In this document: one piece after another, positions 38,956-52,200 of the stretch
Layout of the letters: the number at the start of each line of letters is the position of its first letter
Position numbering within the stretch: the stretch's first letter is position 1
DNA from: Mobula hypostoma
Lineage: Eukaryota
Direction: 5' to 3'
Length of the DNA stretch: 64,000 nt
NCBI RefSeq assembly: GCF_963921235.1
Contig: NC_086097.1
Location: 5,828,001-5,892,000, forward strand
Translations under genes and position numbers: made by a program
Notes under the pieces: model-generated
The model's database searches: none
Told to the model about the DNA's origin: nothing
Seen by the model: only the letters and a program-made list of their open reading frames with translations

Positions 38956-39659
38956 TAAAGCATAGAAACAGAGCCTGTAGTCTAGTTTGTCTGTGTCAAC
39001 TAGGAAGTCTGTCTGAGCTCCTACAAAAAGCAGGGAATATAGCCCAGTCCTTTACGGGTAAAGATCTTCCCCCAGCCCCCCCCCCCCACCGCCCCCCATT
39101 GAGCTCATCCACATGAAATGTTGCTGCAGGAAAGCAGCATTCAACATTTTGGACCCCTCTCCCACCAGCACCAACGTCATCAGGAAGAAGGTAAAGGAGC
39201 CTCAGGATTCACAGCACCAGAGTTTCAGGAACAGTTACTACCTTTCAACCATCAGTCTCTTGAAAAGTGGGGATAACTTCATTCAACTTCACTTACCATT
39301 CTCTGAAATGTTCCCACAACCAATGTACTAATTTTCAAGAATGCTTCATCTCATGTTATCAATATTTATTGCTTATTCATTTAGTATTATTGTTTCTTTG
39401 CTTTATATTTGCACAGTTTGTTGTCTTGTGAACTCTGGTTAAAAGCATAGGTTGATTCTGTCATGGTTATCGTTATATAGATGCGTTGATTTTGCCCACA
39501 AGAAAATATATATGGTGACATGTATGCATTTTGATAATAAAATTTACTTTGAACTTTGAGCTGTTCAACTCAGCAACATAAATTAAGTACAAGTTACCCA
39601 TGGGGAACATGAAAGAAAGATGAACAAAAATGAATTGGATAAGCTCTTCCAGCCCAATG

Positions 39660-40214
39660 AAGGACCCTGGTCAGTCCCCACTTGGAGTACTGTGCTCAAT
39701 TCTGGTCGCCTCACCACAGGAAGGATGTGGAAACCATAGAAAGGGTGCAAAGGAGATTTACAAGGATGTTGCCTGGATTGGGGAGCATATCTTATGAAAA
39801 TAGATTGAGTGAACTCAGCCTTTTCTCCTTGGAGCAATGGAGGATGACAGGTGACCTGATAGATGTGTATAAGATGATGAGAGGTGGCTAGTCAGAGGTT
39901 TTTTCCCCAGGGCTGAAATGGCTAGCACTAGAGGGCATAATTTTAAGGTGCCTGGAAGTAGGTACAGAGGAGATGTCAGGGGTAAGTTTTACGCTGAGAG
40001 TGGTGAGTGCGTGGAAAGGGCTGCCGGTGACAGTGGTGGAGGCGAATACGATAGGGTCTTTTAAGAGACTCCTGCATAGGTACATGGAGCTCAGAAAAAC
40101 AGAGGGCTATGGGTAAGCCTAGGTAATTTCTAAGGTAAGGATATTTTCGGCACAGCTTTGTGGGCCGAAGGGTCTGTATTGTGCTGTAGGTTTTCTGTGT
40201 TTCTATGTTTCTAT
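39660..40214 (+). mobile_element. CR1 3' fragment
   Basis: LEYCAQFWSPHHRKDVETIERVQRRFTRML; tail gtttctatgtttctat. Confidence 0.88.
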
Positions 40215-41944
40215 GATCTGCAACAACCAACCTATTTAACAGTAGTCTAACCACAGGACAATCTACAGTGACAAATTAACCTACTATCTGGTATGTATTT
40301 GCATATTTGAAGAGGAGGTTGATAGTTTCTTGATTAGTAAGGTCGTCAAAGGTTATGGGGAGAAGGCTGGAGAATGGGGTTGAGAGGGATAATAAATCAG
40401 CCATGATGGAATGATGGTGCAGACTCAATGGGCTGAATGGCCTAATTCTGCTGCTACGTCTTTTGGTCTATTAAGGAACATAAACAACTTAAAGAACAAA
40501 ACCACAAGGGTGCTAACACGTGCATGAAGATGGAGGATTTAGGTAAGGATCCAAATGAATATCTTATGCTGTCTGGACTAAAGGAGTGAGTTGATATTGG
40601 AGTAAAGTCGGGCAATCTGGATTGGATGATCAAAGTAAAGGAGCAGATGTTATGGAATCTAGCATTTCTTCTTGTGGATAAAACTTAGATGAAATATATC
40701 TCAAGCCATTAAAAGAAACAAGAAAGAAATTTTTGGACTGCAATTTTTCAATTCTAGAATGGTGCCAGAGAACTAGACTGCAGCTAACATGGTACTGATA
40801 TTAACAAAAATTAAACCAAATAATTGTAGGCCAATTAATTTAATATTGATATTGGTAACAGTTTTAGAATCAATTCTAAAGCATAGCATCAAACTTTGTT
40901 TAGAAATCTTCGTTTAGAATTGTATAAACCTTTGTTCAGGTACCTCAGTAGCAGTGCATTAAGTGTGATGCTATTACAGCTCGGGGCATCGGAGCTTGGA
41001 GATCAATTCTAGCACCATCTGTAAGAAGTTCCCACATCCTTCCCATGGGCATGTGGATTTCCTACAGGTGCTCTGTTTGCCTCTCACAGTTGAAAGATGT
41101 ACTGGTTAGTGGGTTAATTGGTCATTGTAAATTGTCCTATGGTTAGGATAGGGTTAAACGAGAGGGTTGCTGGGTGGTGTGACTTGTTTGGCAGGAAGAG
41201 CCTGTTCCAGGCTGTATCGCTAAATAAAATTAAAATTAATGCGTCATTGAACCAGGGACAGGCAGCAGGGATTATTTAAAAGGAAGATCAAGTCTAATTA
41301 CAGGAATTTTTGAGGAGGTGACAAAGAAGATTGATGAAGACAATGATATAGTCTGCAGGGATTTTAGAAGGATTTTGATAAGGTCAAGGAAAAGGTAGCT
41401 GTTGACAGGTGTTTTCATTTGTAGAAAAATATTATCAGGCCCTCAGAGCTTGTACTTAGTCGCTTGTTCTTAAAAATGCACATTGAAGATTTAGACTCAA
41501 ATGTATAAATCAGCTATGAAACAATACTGCAGATGTCTGATCGTGAACAAAGAAGTTTTCAGATTATAAAAGGTAGGAGAAGAGTTAGGCCATTTGGCCC
41601 ATCGAGGCTGCTCTAGCATTTCATCATGGCTGATCCATTTCCCTCTCTGCTTCAGTCTGCTGCCTTCTCCCTGTAACCTTCATGCCCTTACTAATCAAGA
41701 ATCTAGCAATCACTTCCTTAAGTATACCCAATGGCCCCCACAGCCACCTGTTTCATCACTCTCTGGCTAAAGAATCACCTCCTCATCTCTGTTCTAAATG
41801 GGTGCCCCTTTATTCTGAAGCTGTGTACTTTGGCAATCGACTCTCCTACACCTACTCTATCGACAGTTTTGAATAAGATCCTGTCATTCTTCTGATCTTC
41901 AGTGAGTACAGGCCAGATCCATTTGGTTTATACTGCTGCGAGAT

Positions 41945-42517
41945 ACACACTAGACACTAGAACACCACAGCACAGTACAGGCCCTTCAGCCCTCGATGTT
42001 GTGCCGGCCCATATATTCCTTTAAAAATAAGTGTGAAACACACACTACCCGTAACCCTCTATTTTTCTTTCATCCATGTGCTTGTCCAAGAGGCTGTTAA
42101 ATACCCCTAATATTTTAGCCTCCACCACCATCCCTGGCAAGTCATTCCAGGCACCCACAACCCTCTGTGTAAAAAACTTACCCCTGATGTCTCCCCTAAA
42201 CTTCCCTCCCTTAACTTTGTACATATGCCTTCTGGTGTTTGCTATTCGTGCCCTGGGAAACAGGTACTGGCTATCCACCCTATCTATGCCTCTCATAATC
42301 TTGTAGACCTCTGTCAAGTCCCCTCTCATCCTTCTATGCTCCAAAGAGAAAAGTCCCAGTTCTGCTAACCTTGCCTCATAAGACTTGTTTTCCAATCCAG
42401 GCAACATCCTGGTAAATGTCGTCTGCATCCTCTCCATAGCTTCCACATCCTTCCTATAATGAGGTGACCAGAACTGAACACAATACTCTTAAGTGTGGTC
42501 TCACCAGAGATTTGTAG
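41945..42517 (-). mobile_element. CR1 3' fragment
   Basis: ORF 42045-42446 ..LGLFSLEHRRMRGDL..FFTQRVVGAWNDLP. Confidence 0.88.
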
Positions 42518-43070
42518 ATATACGCCAAAGATACTGTAGATGGCCTGGTCAATTGCGCAGAAATGACAAAGAAATGACTTTCATCGAAGCAGGAGGATAT
42601 TCAGCAAATAAGAGGGAAGATAGAGGGAGGGAAAGGAGTACAAACTGGCCGGTAATAAGTGGGTCGGAGAACAGCAGAGATCACAGAGGTGGAGAAGTGA
42701 GAGAGGGTCTCACTGAGCTCCCATTGAATAGAAGATTGAAACTTCTTCAGGGTAGACATGCTCTTCAACTCACCTCTCACCTGTCTGCTTGTATTCCATT
42801 CCTAGTCCCACCTTCTTACTCTGGCATCTGTCCTTCCTTACCGGTCCTGAAGAAGGGTCTTGCCCCAAAAAGTTCACTGTTTGTTCATTTCCATAGATGC
42901 TGCCTGACCTGCTGAGTTCCTCCAGCGTTTTGTGTGTGTTATTCTGTTAGCAAATAGCTGTGACCTGCAGGATTACAGATCAAGGAGAAATATTTTTATT
43001 TCATTTATTTGTTTATTAGAGATTGAGTGCTGAACAGGCCTTTCTGGCTCAACAAGCTGCACCACCCAGC

Positions 43071-43607
43071 ACCCCACCTATATAACCCACCTATATAACC
43101 CACCTATATAACCCACCTATATAACTCACCTATATAACCCACCAATATAACCCACCTATATAACTCACCTATATAACCCACCTATATAACCCACCTATAT
43201 AACCCACCTATATAACTCACCTATATAACCCACCTATATAACCCACCTATATAACCCACCTATATAACCCACCTATATAACTCACCTATATAACCCACCT
43301 ATATAACTCACCTATATAACTCACCTATATAACCCACCTATATAACCCACCTATATAACTCACCTATATAACCCACCTATACAACTCACTTATATAACCC
43401 ACCTATATAACCCACCTATATAACCCACCTATATAACTCACCTATATAACCCACCTATATAACCCACCTATATAACTCACCTATATAACCCACCTGTATA
43501 ACTCACCTATATAACCCACTTATATAACCCACCTATATAACCCACCTATATAACTCACCTACATAACCCACCTATATAACTCACCTATATAACCCACCTA
43601 TATAACT
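43071..43607. repeat. 13-bp minisatellite (acccacctatata / actcacctatata), about 41 units, inside a minus-strand SINE
   Basis: Directly visible; flanked by SINE sequence (aggcctttctggctc..; ctagcctaatctcaggataattta). Confidence 0.97.
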
Positions 43608-43742
43608 CTAGCCTAATCTCAGGATAATTTACACAGACCAGTCAATCTGCCAACCGCTATGTCTTTTATCTGTGGGAGAAAACCAGAGCACCAAGGGGAA
43701 ACACATCTGTTCTTGGAAAGAATGTACAAGCTTCTTACAGAG

Positions 43743-44135
43743 GACCATAAGACCATAAGACATAGGAGAAGAAATAAGCCCTTCAGCCCATTGAGAATGT
43801 TCCACCATTCCATCATAGCCATTTTTTATCTATTTCAGCCCCACTTTCCAGCATTCTTCCTGTAACCTCTGACGCCCTGACTAATCGAGAATTTGTTAAC
43901 CTCTGTCTTAAATATACATAATGAACTGGACTCCACAGTCATCTGTGGCAATGAATTCCACTGATTCACCACCCTCTGCCTAAAGAAATCTTTCCTCAGC
44001 TCCATCTTAAATGGACATCCCTCTATTCTGAGGCTGTGCCCTCTGGACCCTGTCGTTTCTTTGATAAAAGGCCCAAAACTGCTCACAACATTCCAGGTGC
44101 GGTCTGACCAATGCCTTTTCACACCTCAGCATCAC
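43743..44135 (-). mobile_element. CR1 3' fragment with an internal deletion
   Basis: SRGHSLRIEGCPFKMELRKDFFRQRVVNQWNSLP; tail shows as gaccataagaccataaga. Confidence 0.85.
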
Positions 44136-44839
44136 ATCACAAACATAAGAAAATCTTCAGATGCTGGAAATCCAAAGCAAAATGCTGGAGGAACTCAGCA
44201 GGTCAGGTAGCATCTAGGGAAAGAGTAAGCAGTCGATGTTTCAGACCGAGTCCCTTCTTGAGTCCTGCATTGCTGTCTGGGATGGGAGCTGGCTACTGCA
44301 AAGGACTGAAAGAAGCTACAGAGAATTGAAAAATTAGTCAGCTCCATATTGCGTCTGAGTCTCCGTGGTATCTAAGACATCTTCAAGGAGTGGTACCTCA
44401 GAAAAGTGGCGTCCATCATTAAGGACCCCCATCACCCAGGACATGCCCTCTTCTCATTGTAACCCTCAGGAAGAAGGTACAGAAGCCTGAAGGCACACAC
44501 TCAGTGATTCAGGAACGGCTTCTTCCCCTTTGCCATCAGATTCCTAAATGAATATTAAACCCATAAACACTACGTCACTTTTTAATATATTATTTCGGTT
44601 TGCACTATTTTTAATCCCACTATTTTATATATATATATAGATATAGATATATCTATATATACACACTTACTGTATTTGATTTACTTTTCTTTCCATCTAT
44701 ATTATCATATACTGTACTGCAATATATTGCATTGTACTACAGCTGCCAAGTTAACAAATTTTATGGCAACATGCCGGTGATAATAAACCTGATTCTGATT
44801 CTGATTCACTTATGGCATAGAAAGAAGCTGTTTTCTTAA

Positions 44840-45900
44840 GATTGTTATAGCCTGGGGGTAGGGGTGGTAATGGGATGTCAGGGAGGGGTAACATCTCTGG
44901 TGGGGGAACATGTCACGTCCTTTTCAAGGTGGTTCGTCCACCTTTGGTCCCCACCTGGCACTCAGATCTCAACTGTGTCTCCTCGTAGCTGTTTGCATGC
45001 GACAGCGGCCACACTCCAGGCAACGGCTTCAACAGGCTGGCCAAACCAGGTGAGAGTAGTCGACGGGTCTCAAACCCTCGGTGAGATAGGGAGTTGTCTA
45101 TCCCAGCATGTGAAGACAGACTCTGGTGGATTGAGCAGATGAGACCAATGGAAGGTCCAACGGTCAAGAAGGCGGTCTCTGCAAGCGTCGTGGAACGTGT
45201 AGAGCAGGACAAGACACAGAAGATGCCCTGGTCATCCACTGCACCTAGTCCCATCTCCAGCCGTCTAGACTCTGTTTTTCCACTGGATCCAGATGGGAAT
45301 TGGGAAGAGAGAGTGAGGCTGACGCTGCGCAACTCTCCCTCACTTAAATCCAAATCATGCGCTAGTCTCGACACTATCAATGATGTTGAGGTCTTCATCG
45401 CCGACAACGATGGATGAACAAACCTGTTAAATGCTCCCAATGGCGTGCATCTCAAGTAGCCTCTGACAACCAAGTCCAGCTCCTGTTCTTCAAGTGTGGC
45501 TTAGCTACTGAGCCAGGTGGAAATGGTTCCACTGACAGGAGAAGGAGTAAAGGCAGGTTACTGGCACCTTAAAACCAGTTGCAACCAGCAGATGGAGGTT
45601 TATCAGCCGTGGTTGGCATCTTACCTACGAGAATGAAAACTCCGATCTCAAACTTCTGGTGCCTTGTGGCTATACCCCCTCATGGGGAATTATTCGTGAG
45701 TAAGCTCTGGGGAAAAGTCCGGAGCTGGTGTCCCTAAGACAGTCCTACAATGGGTTCAGTGCTGACTGACAACTCCTGCAATGCTGCAGGTAGCAAGCTG
45801 TATTGGGCAACAGCTTGCTCACCATATAGTAGCACCTTGGCTTGCATATTGGCTTATGTGTCACGTAGACTGCTGAGATGCAATATCCTTGGTCAACCTC
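44840..45900 (+). mobile_element. Two nested non-coding (RTE-like) retroposons
   Basis: ~44840-44877 and ~45420-45900 match the 15198-15789 family; a different ~540-bp element (~44878-45419) sits between them. Confidence 0.6.
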
Positions 45901-46074
45901 AGAGGCATCAGAAAGAAGTTTCCTTTATGCCAGCTCATGGAACCATTGCATCATTTCAGATCTTTACTTATTAAATATAACATAGCCTATTCTTTCTCCC
46001 ATCTCCATTAATTTACCTCTGATTACTACTTATTTACACCAAGGTAATTTACAGTTGCAAATAATGCCTTCAAA

Positions 46075-47715
46075 AGCAATCTATTGGCAAACTTCAACTC
46101 ATTCACAACAATGGTGCTGGACTTTTAATTAAAACCAGGATGAAGCAACATATCACTCCCATCCAAATGACTCTGCATTGGTTTCCTGTATCTTTAGGAA
46201 TTGATTTTAAAGTTGTCTTACTCATTCTTAAAGCTCTCAATGGTCTGGGACCAGAGTACATCACAGAATCACTTTTGTTTTATAATCCTGCTCGAACTCT
46301 CAGGTCTTCTTCCACCAGTCTCTTAAATTTAAACAATTTCCCTCAGAACTACAGCTCTGCCTTTAATACCATCGTTCCAAATAAACTGATTTCTAAGCTC
46401 CGGAACCTGGGCCTTAGCACTCAGATCTGCAGCTGGATCTTCAACCTCCTCACAGATAGGACCCAGGGGGTGCCACACAAGGCTGTGTATTCAGCCCCCT
46501 GCTGTACTCACTGTACACCCATGGTTGTGTAGCCAAGTTTCCATCGAACTCAATATATAAGTTTGCTGATGACACCAAAATTGTAGGCCGTATCTCGGGT
46601 AATGATGAGTTTGAGTACAGAGAGGAAATTAAGAACCTTGTGGCATGGTGCGAAGACAATAACCTATCCCTCAATGTCAGCAAGACGAAGGAATTGGTTG
46701 TTGACTTCAGAAGGAGTAGAGGACCGTACAACCCCACTTACATCGGCGGTGCGCCAGTGGAGCAGGCCAAAGGCTTTAAATTCCTCGGGGTCAAAATCAC
46801 AAATGACCTGACTTGATCCACCCAAGCAGAGTCCACTGCCAAGAAGGCCCACCAGTGCCTTTACTTCCTGAGGAAGCTAAGGAAATTTGGCCTGTCCCTT
46901 AAAACCCTCACTAATTTTTATAGATGCACGGTAGAAAGCATTGCTCTGGGATGCATCACAACCTGGTATGGAGGTTGTCCTGTCCAAGACCGGAAGAAGC
47001 TGCAGAAGATCGTGAACACAGCCCAGCACATCGCACAAAACAATCTTCCATCCTTGGACTCACTTTACACTGCCCACTGTCGGAGCAGTGCTGCCAGGGT
47101 AATCAAGGACACGACCCACCCAGCGAACACACTTTTCGTCCCTCTTCCCTCCAGGAGAAGGCTCAGGAGCTTGAAGACTCGTATGGCCAGATTTGGGAAC
47201 AACTTCTTTCCAACTGTGATAAGACTGCTGAACGGATCCTGACGTGGATCTGGGCCTGCCCTCCAAATATCCGGACCTGCCTCTCGGTTTTTTTGCACTA
47301 CCTTACTTTCAATTTCCTATTTTCTATTTATGATTTATAATTTAAATTTTTAATATTTACTATCGATCTGTATTCCAGGGAGCACAAAGAGCAGAATCAA
47401 ATATTGCTGTGATGATTGTATGCTCTAGTATCAATTGTTTGGCGATAATAAAGTATAAAAAAAAAGAAGATAATTGTCAAGTCAGTTTCTAGAACTATTC
47501 TCCTAAATTATGCAATTCAGTACCTAAAACTAGAAGGATGCAACTTAATTGACACTTTTAATCACCAGCTCAAAACCCATTTATTTAATCTTGTGTTTAA
47601 CAAACATCTTTTTGTCTTTTAATTTCATGTTTGCACGTTATTGCACTATAAAATACTTTGAACTATATTATCTGTATGAAAAGTGCTCTATAAATAAGTT
47701 ATTACTGTTATTATT
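46075..47715 (+). mobile_element. Old L2-type LINE 3' end, split by a Rex1-type insertion
   Basis: HITPIQMTLHWFPVSLGIDFKVVLLILKALNGLGPEY (L2 C-terminus); the tail resumes at ~47465 (ctcaaaacccatttattt..gctctataaataag). Confidence 0.75.
46348..47460 (+). mobile_element. Rex1/Babar-type LINE, same family as 25078-27705
   Basis: [33 protein letters not shown]; shared 3' UTR ending aataaagtataa. Confidence 0.9.
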
Positions 47716-48706
47716 AATGTTTATCAGCCAGTATGTCTTTGGAATGCTGCAGGAAACTATAGCAGCCCAGTGTATCCCTGGCAGTCACAGGAAGAAGGTG
47801 CAACCTCCCCTCAGACAGAACTGCTGGTCATGATTGAAAATGGGGCATTGGAGCTACAAGGTAGCAACACTGTGTGAAACGTTTTACTTTTTAATTTTAT
47901 TTAGAGATACAGTGTGGTATAAGCCCTTCCAGCCTTTCAAGCTGTTCAGCCCATCAGTCCCCCTACTTAACCCTCACCTGATAACAGGAAGATTTACTAT
48001 AACCAATTAACCGCCCAACTGGTACGTCTTTGGAGAGAGGGAGGAAAGTGGAGCACCCTGAGAAAACCCCATGCGTTCCATGGGGAGGACGTACAGACGC
48101 CTTACAGATGATGTGTCTGCGCACAACTACATATTATTTAAGTAAAAGCACACACACAGATGATGGCTTTAACTGGTTATTCACATTGCAGCAAGAGAGA
48201 GAGAACAATGCGCATGTGTAGACAACAGATCAATGCACATGCTTAGACAAGTCCATACTTAGTGTTAAGGGGAGTCATTGCTCTAAAAGAATTAGATCCA
48301 TATATTACATTTCCTTCTCCTTTAGATTAAGGCAGGATAAAACTGTATATGTACAAAACATTCAATTTCCCTTTCATAAGCCCATATTCCAAATAAACAT
48401 GCTTTCACAATAACGGTCCATAACCGCACTGTTCTGAAGATTCAGTCTATTAGGTGGCGCTCTGTTTCTTTCAGGATAGCACCTCCGGACCTGTGGAGTG
48501 GCATCAGGTTTGGCCAGTGTCTTGTGTGAGACAACATTCTCTATTGCCATTGCATGTTGCTGTTAGTGACATGATCACCACTGCGAGGTAGGTCCAGAGT
48601 CTGTAATGTGTCTGTCTTGTTAGATGCTATTGACTTTAGTGTGTTCTTGGTATCTAGTCCACATGACATCTCCAATGTCTGATCTCCAACATCCACTGTG
48701 TCCATC

Positions 48707-49270
48707 GTAACACAAAATAATCTGCAGATGCTGTTGTCAAAGGAACACTCACAATGTGATGGAGGAACTTAGCAGGTCAGTCAGCATCAGTTGAAAAGAT
48801 TAGTCGACATTTCGGGCCAAAACCCTTCGTCAGGACTGAAGGAAGAACTTTGGGGAGGGTTTGAAGAATGCTGGTAGTTGAAGAAACAGCAATTCAAAAG
48901 ACAGAGGGGTGGGGGAGGGGAAGCAGGGAGGTGATTGGCAGGAGAACAATGCGCAGTAGTAGAAGGAGGCGGAACTATGAGGGAGGTGATGTGAAATAGG
49001 GATAGAGGAAGGGAGGGGGAGGGAATTACCGGAAGTTGGAGAATTCTATGTTCATACCAAGGGGCTGGAGACTACCTAGATGGTATATGAGGTCTTGCTC
49101 CTCCAACCTGAGTTTAGCCTCATCATGGCAGTAGAGGAGGCCATGTATGGACATATCTGAATGGGAATGGGAAGCAGTCCTGACGAAGGGTTTTGGCCCG
49201 AAACGTCGACTAATCTTTTCAACTGATGCTGACTGACCTGCTGAGTTCCTCCAGCGCATTGTGAGTGTTC
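48707..49270. mobile_element. Penelope-like insertion with inverted pLTRs
   Basis: 13-bp TSD cactgtgtccatc (48694-48706, 49270-49282); ~48743-48838 is the reverse complement of ~49175-49270; GIY-YIG C-terminus (LEEQDLIYHLGSLQPLGMNIEF) on the minus strand. Confidence 0.92.
49176..49211 (+). ncRNA. Minimal hammerhead ribozyme motif (Penelope type)
   Basis: agtc-CTGACGA-a-ggg-ttttgg-ccc-GAAA-c-GTC-gact: stem I agtc/gact, stem II ggg/ccc, conserved core, GUC cleavage triplet, palindromic ACGT in place of a full stem III. Confidence 0.75.
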
Positions 49271-52200
49271 ACTGTGTCCATCAGTGGTCCAGTTTCTTGT
49301 AGCTATCTTATTGGGTGTCCGCTTGTCTTCTCAGCTCCTTGCTGATTCATTTGGCTACTGGCCGAACACTTTATTTTGTACTTTCCACCGTAGATCTAGT
49401 TTCAGGAGATCTGTGTGAGATCTCAGGTTCCTGTCATGAACAACACTGCAGCTGTTTGATTTGTCGTCGCACGAATAAAGTTGTGATACACAAAAAGGAA
49501 ATTGTCCACTTTATGCTGTAGAGAAATATCATCTGCGTCCATAGCTTTAATGAACTTCTTAAAGTATTGGATAAATGATTCAGTTAACCCTTTCATTGCT
49601 GGGTGGTGAGCAACTGACTTGAAATGTCTGATGCCATTTTTCTTCATGAACAGCTGGAATTCTTCTGATATGTATTGTGGTCCGTTATCACTCACAATTT
49701 GTTCTGGCAAGCCATAGCTGGTGATGTTAGTCCTCAGGGTGAAGACAGTCTTTGCTGAGGTGGTTAATTTTTTTTAGATTCATTTACGGGATGTGGACAT
49801 CGTCAGCTAAGCCAGTATTTATTGTCCATCCCTAGTTGCCCTTGAGAAGGTGATGATGATCTGATTTCTTGTACTGCTGATTCCGTGAGGTGTAGGAACA
49901 CCCAGAGTGCTGTTAGGGAGGAAGTTCCATTATTTTGACACTGTGACAATGAAGGAACGGCGATATGTTTCCAAGTCAGAATGGTGAGTGACTTGTAGGG
50001 GGATTTCCAAGTGGTGGTGTTCCCAGGTATCTGATGTTCTTCTCCTTCTAGGTGGTAGTGATCAGGGTTCTGGAAGGTGCTGCCTTAGGAACTTTGATGT
50101 GTTGTAGCAGTGCATCTTCACTGTTATACCAACTTCACTGGTGTGACCTCTGGCCACGTTGAATGAGCATCCACAGCAATCAGGAACATCGAGTTCATGA
50201 GTGGCCCAGTCAATATGTACTCTTTACCATGGGGAAGACAGCCATTCCCATGGGTGTAACAGTGCCTGTGGGGGTGCATCTTGAAATTTTTGGCATCCCG
50301 AACAGCTTTTGGCCAAGTCTTTAACCTGCTTATCGACTCCTGGCCACCACAAGTAGCTCTGTGTGAGACTCTAACCCTTGACTGTACCCAGTTGACCTTC
50401 ATGCAGATTCTCTAACACGCTGGTGAGTGGGTGAGAGGGAACCACAGTGCAAAATCTACACATCAGCGTTCTTCGACATACCAACTGTTGGTCTCATCTT
50501 GCTGAGAACTCTGGAAACATAGGCCATCCTTACGTGGTGATTTCATAGACTTTTGACAACGTTGAGTCATTCCTTGTTTCTCTTTGTATTTCAGAATTTT
50601 ATTATTAGCAACTGGTCCACCAGTACTGTGTGGAACACTTCTGCTGGGCCACAGTGTGAAGACTTCTGGTCTTCAGTTGCCAATAGTGGAAGTTGTGACA
50701 AACCATCATCACTGCGGTGTTGTTTGGTATCCTTGAACTTTATGTCACAAGAGTCACTCCGGATAGTGCGGTGTTTTAACCAGGTGGCAGTCATTAACTG
50801 GAATTCCCTTCCTGGGATTTAAAATGGACACAAGGGGCTAGTGATCTGTCACTAGCGTAAACTTTTGTCTGTAGAGGAAGTGGTGGAACTTCTTTATTCC
50901 CCATACTAGACCAAGGGCCTCTCGGTCAATCTGTGCATAGAACGTGTTCTGCGCTCGTCAGTGATCTAGACGCAAATGCAATCAGACGTTCAGATCCATT
51001 TTTCATAGTGTGTGACAAAATGGTTCCAATGCCATAAGGGGACACATCTAGCACCAGTCTAATGAGCAGTGATGGGTCATAATGGGTGAGCAGTTCATCT
51101 GATGTTATTAGTCTCTCTGTTTCCTTAAATGCTCTTTCACATCTTTCTGGCCAGTCCCACCTTATTCCAGTCTGCTACAGTGTGTTCAATGGGTGCAGTC
51201 CCGTAGCAATGTTGGGGAGAAACTGGTGGTGGAAATTTACCAGGCCCAAGTATGACCTGAGTTGTGATACATTTTCCAGTTTGAGTGCCTGTAGCACTGT
51301 TTCAATCTTCTCTTTTGACAAATCAATCTATGGAACCCTCTCCCTGCCTGCCAAAGATGCAAAAATGTCTTTTATTCATGCCAGGGGATACTGCACGGTA
51401 TGCAGCTCACTTTGAAATCCCCACATTTGCAAATGGCCCTGGTCTTCCCTTTCTTGATCACCAGGACAATGGGCATGACCCAAATGCTCCACTCAACCCT
51501 GGAGAGAATTCCAAGTGCCTCCAATCTCTGAATTTCATCATCCATTTTAGGACACTGAAGTGTAAGGCACAGGACGGACTTTATGGAATCTTGGTGTTGC
51601 TGCTTCATTCAGTTCAGTTCTGGCCTTCATGCCTTTGAGTTTACTGATACCTTTCTCAAACACCTTCTCATTAGCATTAAACAGCTGTGACAGTCTCTGG
51701 TTAGTGCTACCATTTGGGCTGCAATTGTCTATTGATTTCACACTGAGAGCTTTGATTGAGTTCTAGTCTAGTTGGATTTTTCTTGTCCGAAAAGGGCTGG
51801 CCCTCCACTTTTCAATACATAAAGATCTAACTGTTGTGTTTGGCCTCCATATGACAAATTTACTTTCAGTTTGCCTTGTGGAGGGGGGTGGGAGGTACTA
51901 TTTCACCTGTGTAGGTCTTTAGCATCACTGAGATCTTCTCTAATGGTATTTTAGAAAGTCTGTGGCACTAAAGACCTACACAGGCAAAATAGTGTTTCCC
52001 AAAGGCAAACTGAAAGTAAATGTGACATCTGAGGTCAACCACAGCAGTTAGAGATTTATGACAACAGATCAATGCCAATGCGTAGACAACAGATCATACA
52101 TTGTGCTAACAGGAGTTATTGCTCTAAATGAAATAAATCCATATATTACAGATAACGTTGGAACTGAATGCCAAACTCTGACACCCCGAGCTTTACTAGC

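Larger units (their letters stand above)
48112..52150 (-). mobile_element. Decayed Ty3/Gypsy (Mag-like) LTR retrotransposon; gag and most of the 5' LTR deleted
   Basis: 3' LTR 48112-48309 with a PPT (tttccttctccttt on plus, 48310-48323); 5' LTR remnant 52061-52150; TSD gatga/gataa (48107-48111, 52151-52155). Integrase PEQIVSDNGPQY; RNase H YAQIDREALGLVWG; RT start LGILSRVEWS..PIVLV. Confidence 0.88.

Noticed and set aside
44913..45473. 186-aa minus-strand ORF
   Set aside because: It is an antisense reading across a junction of two non-coding repeats and has no domain motifs.
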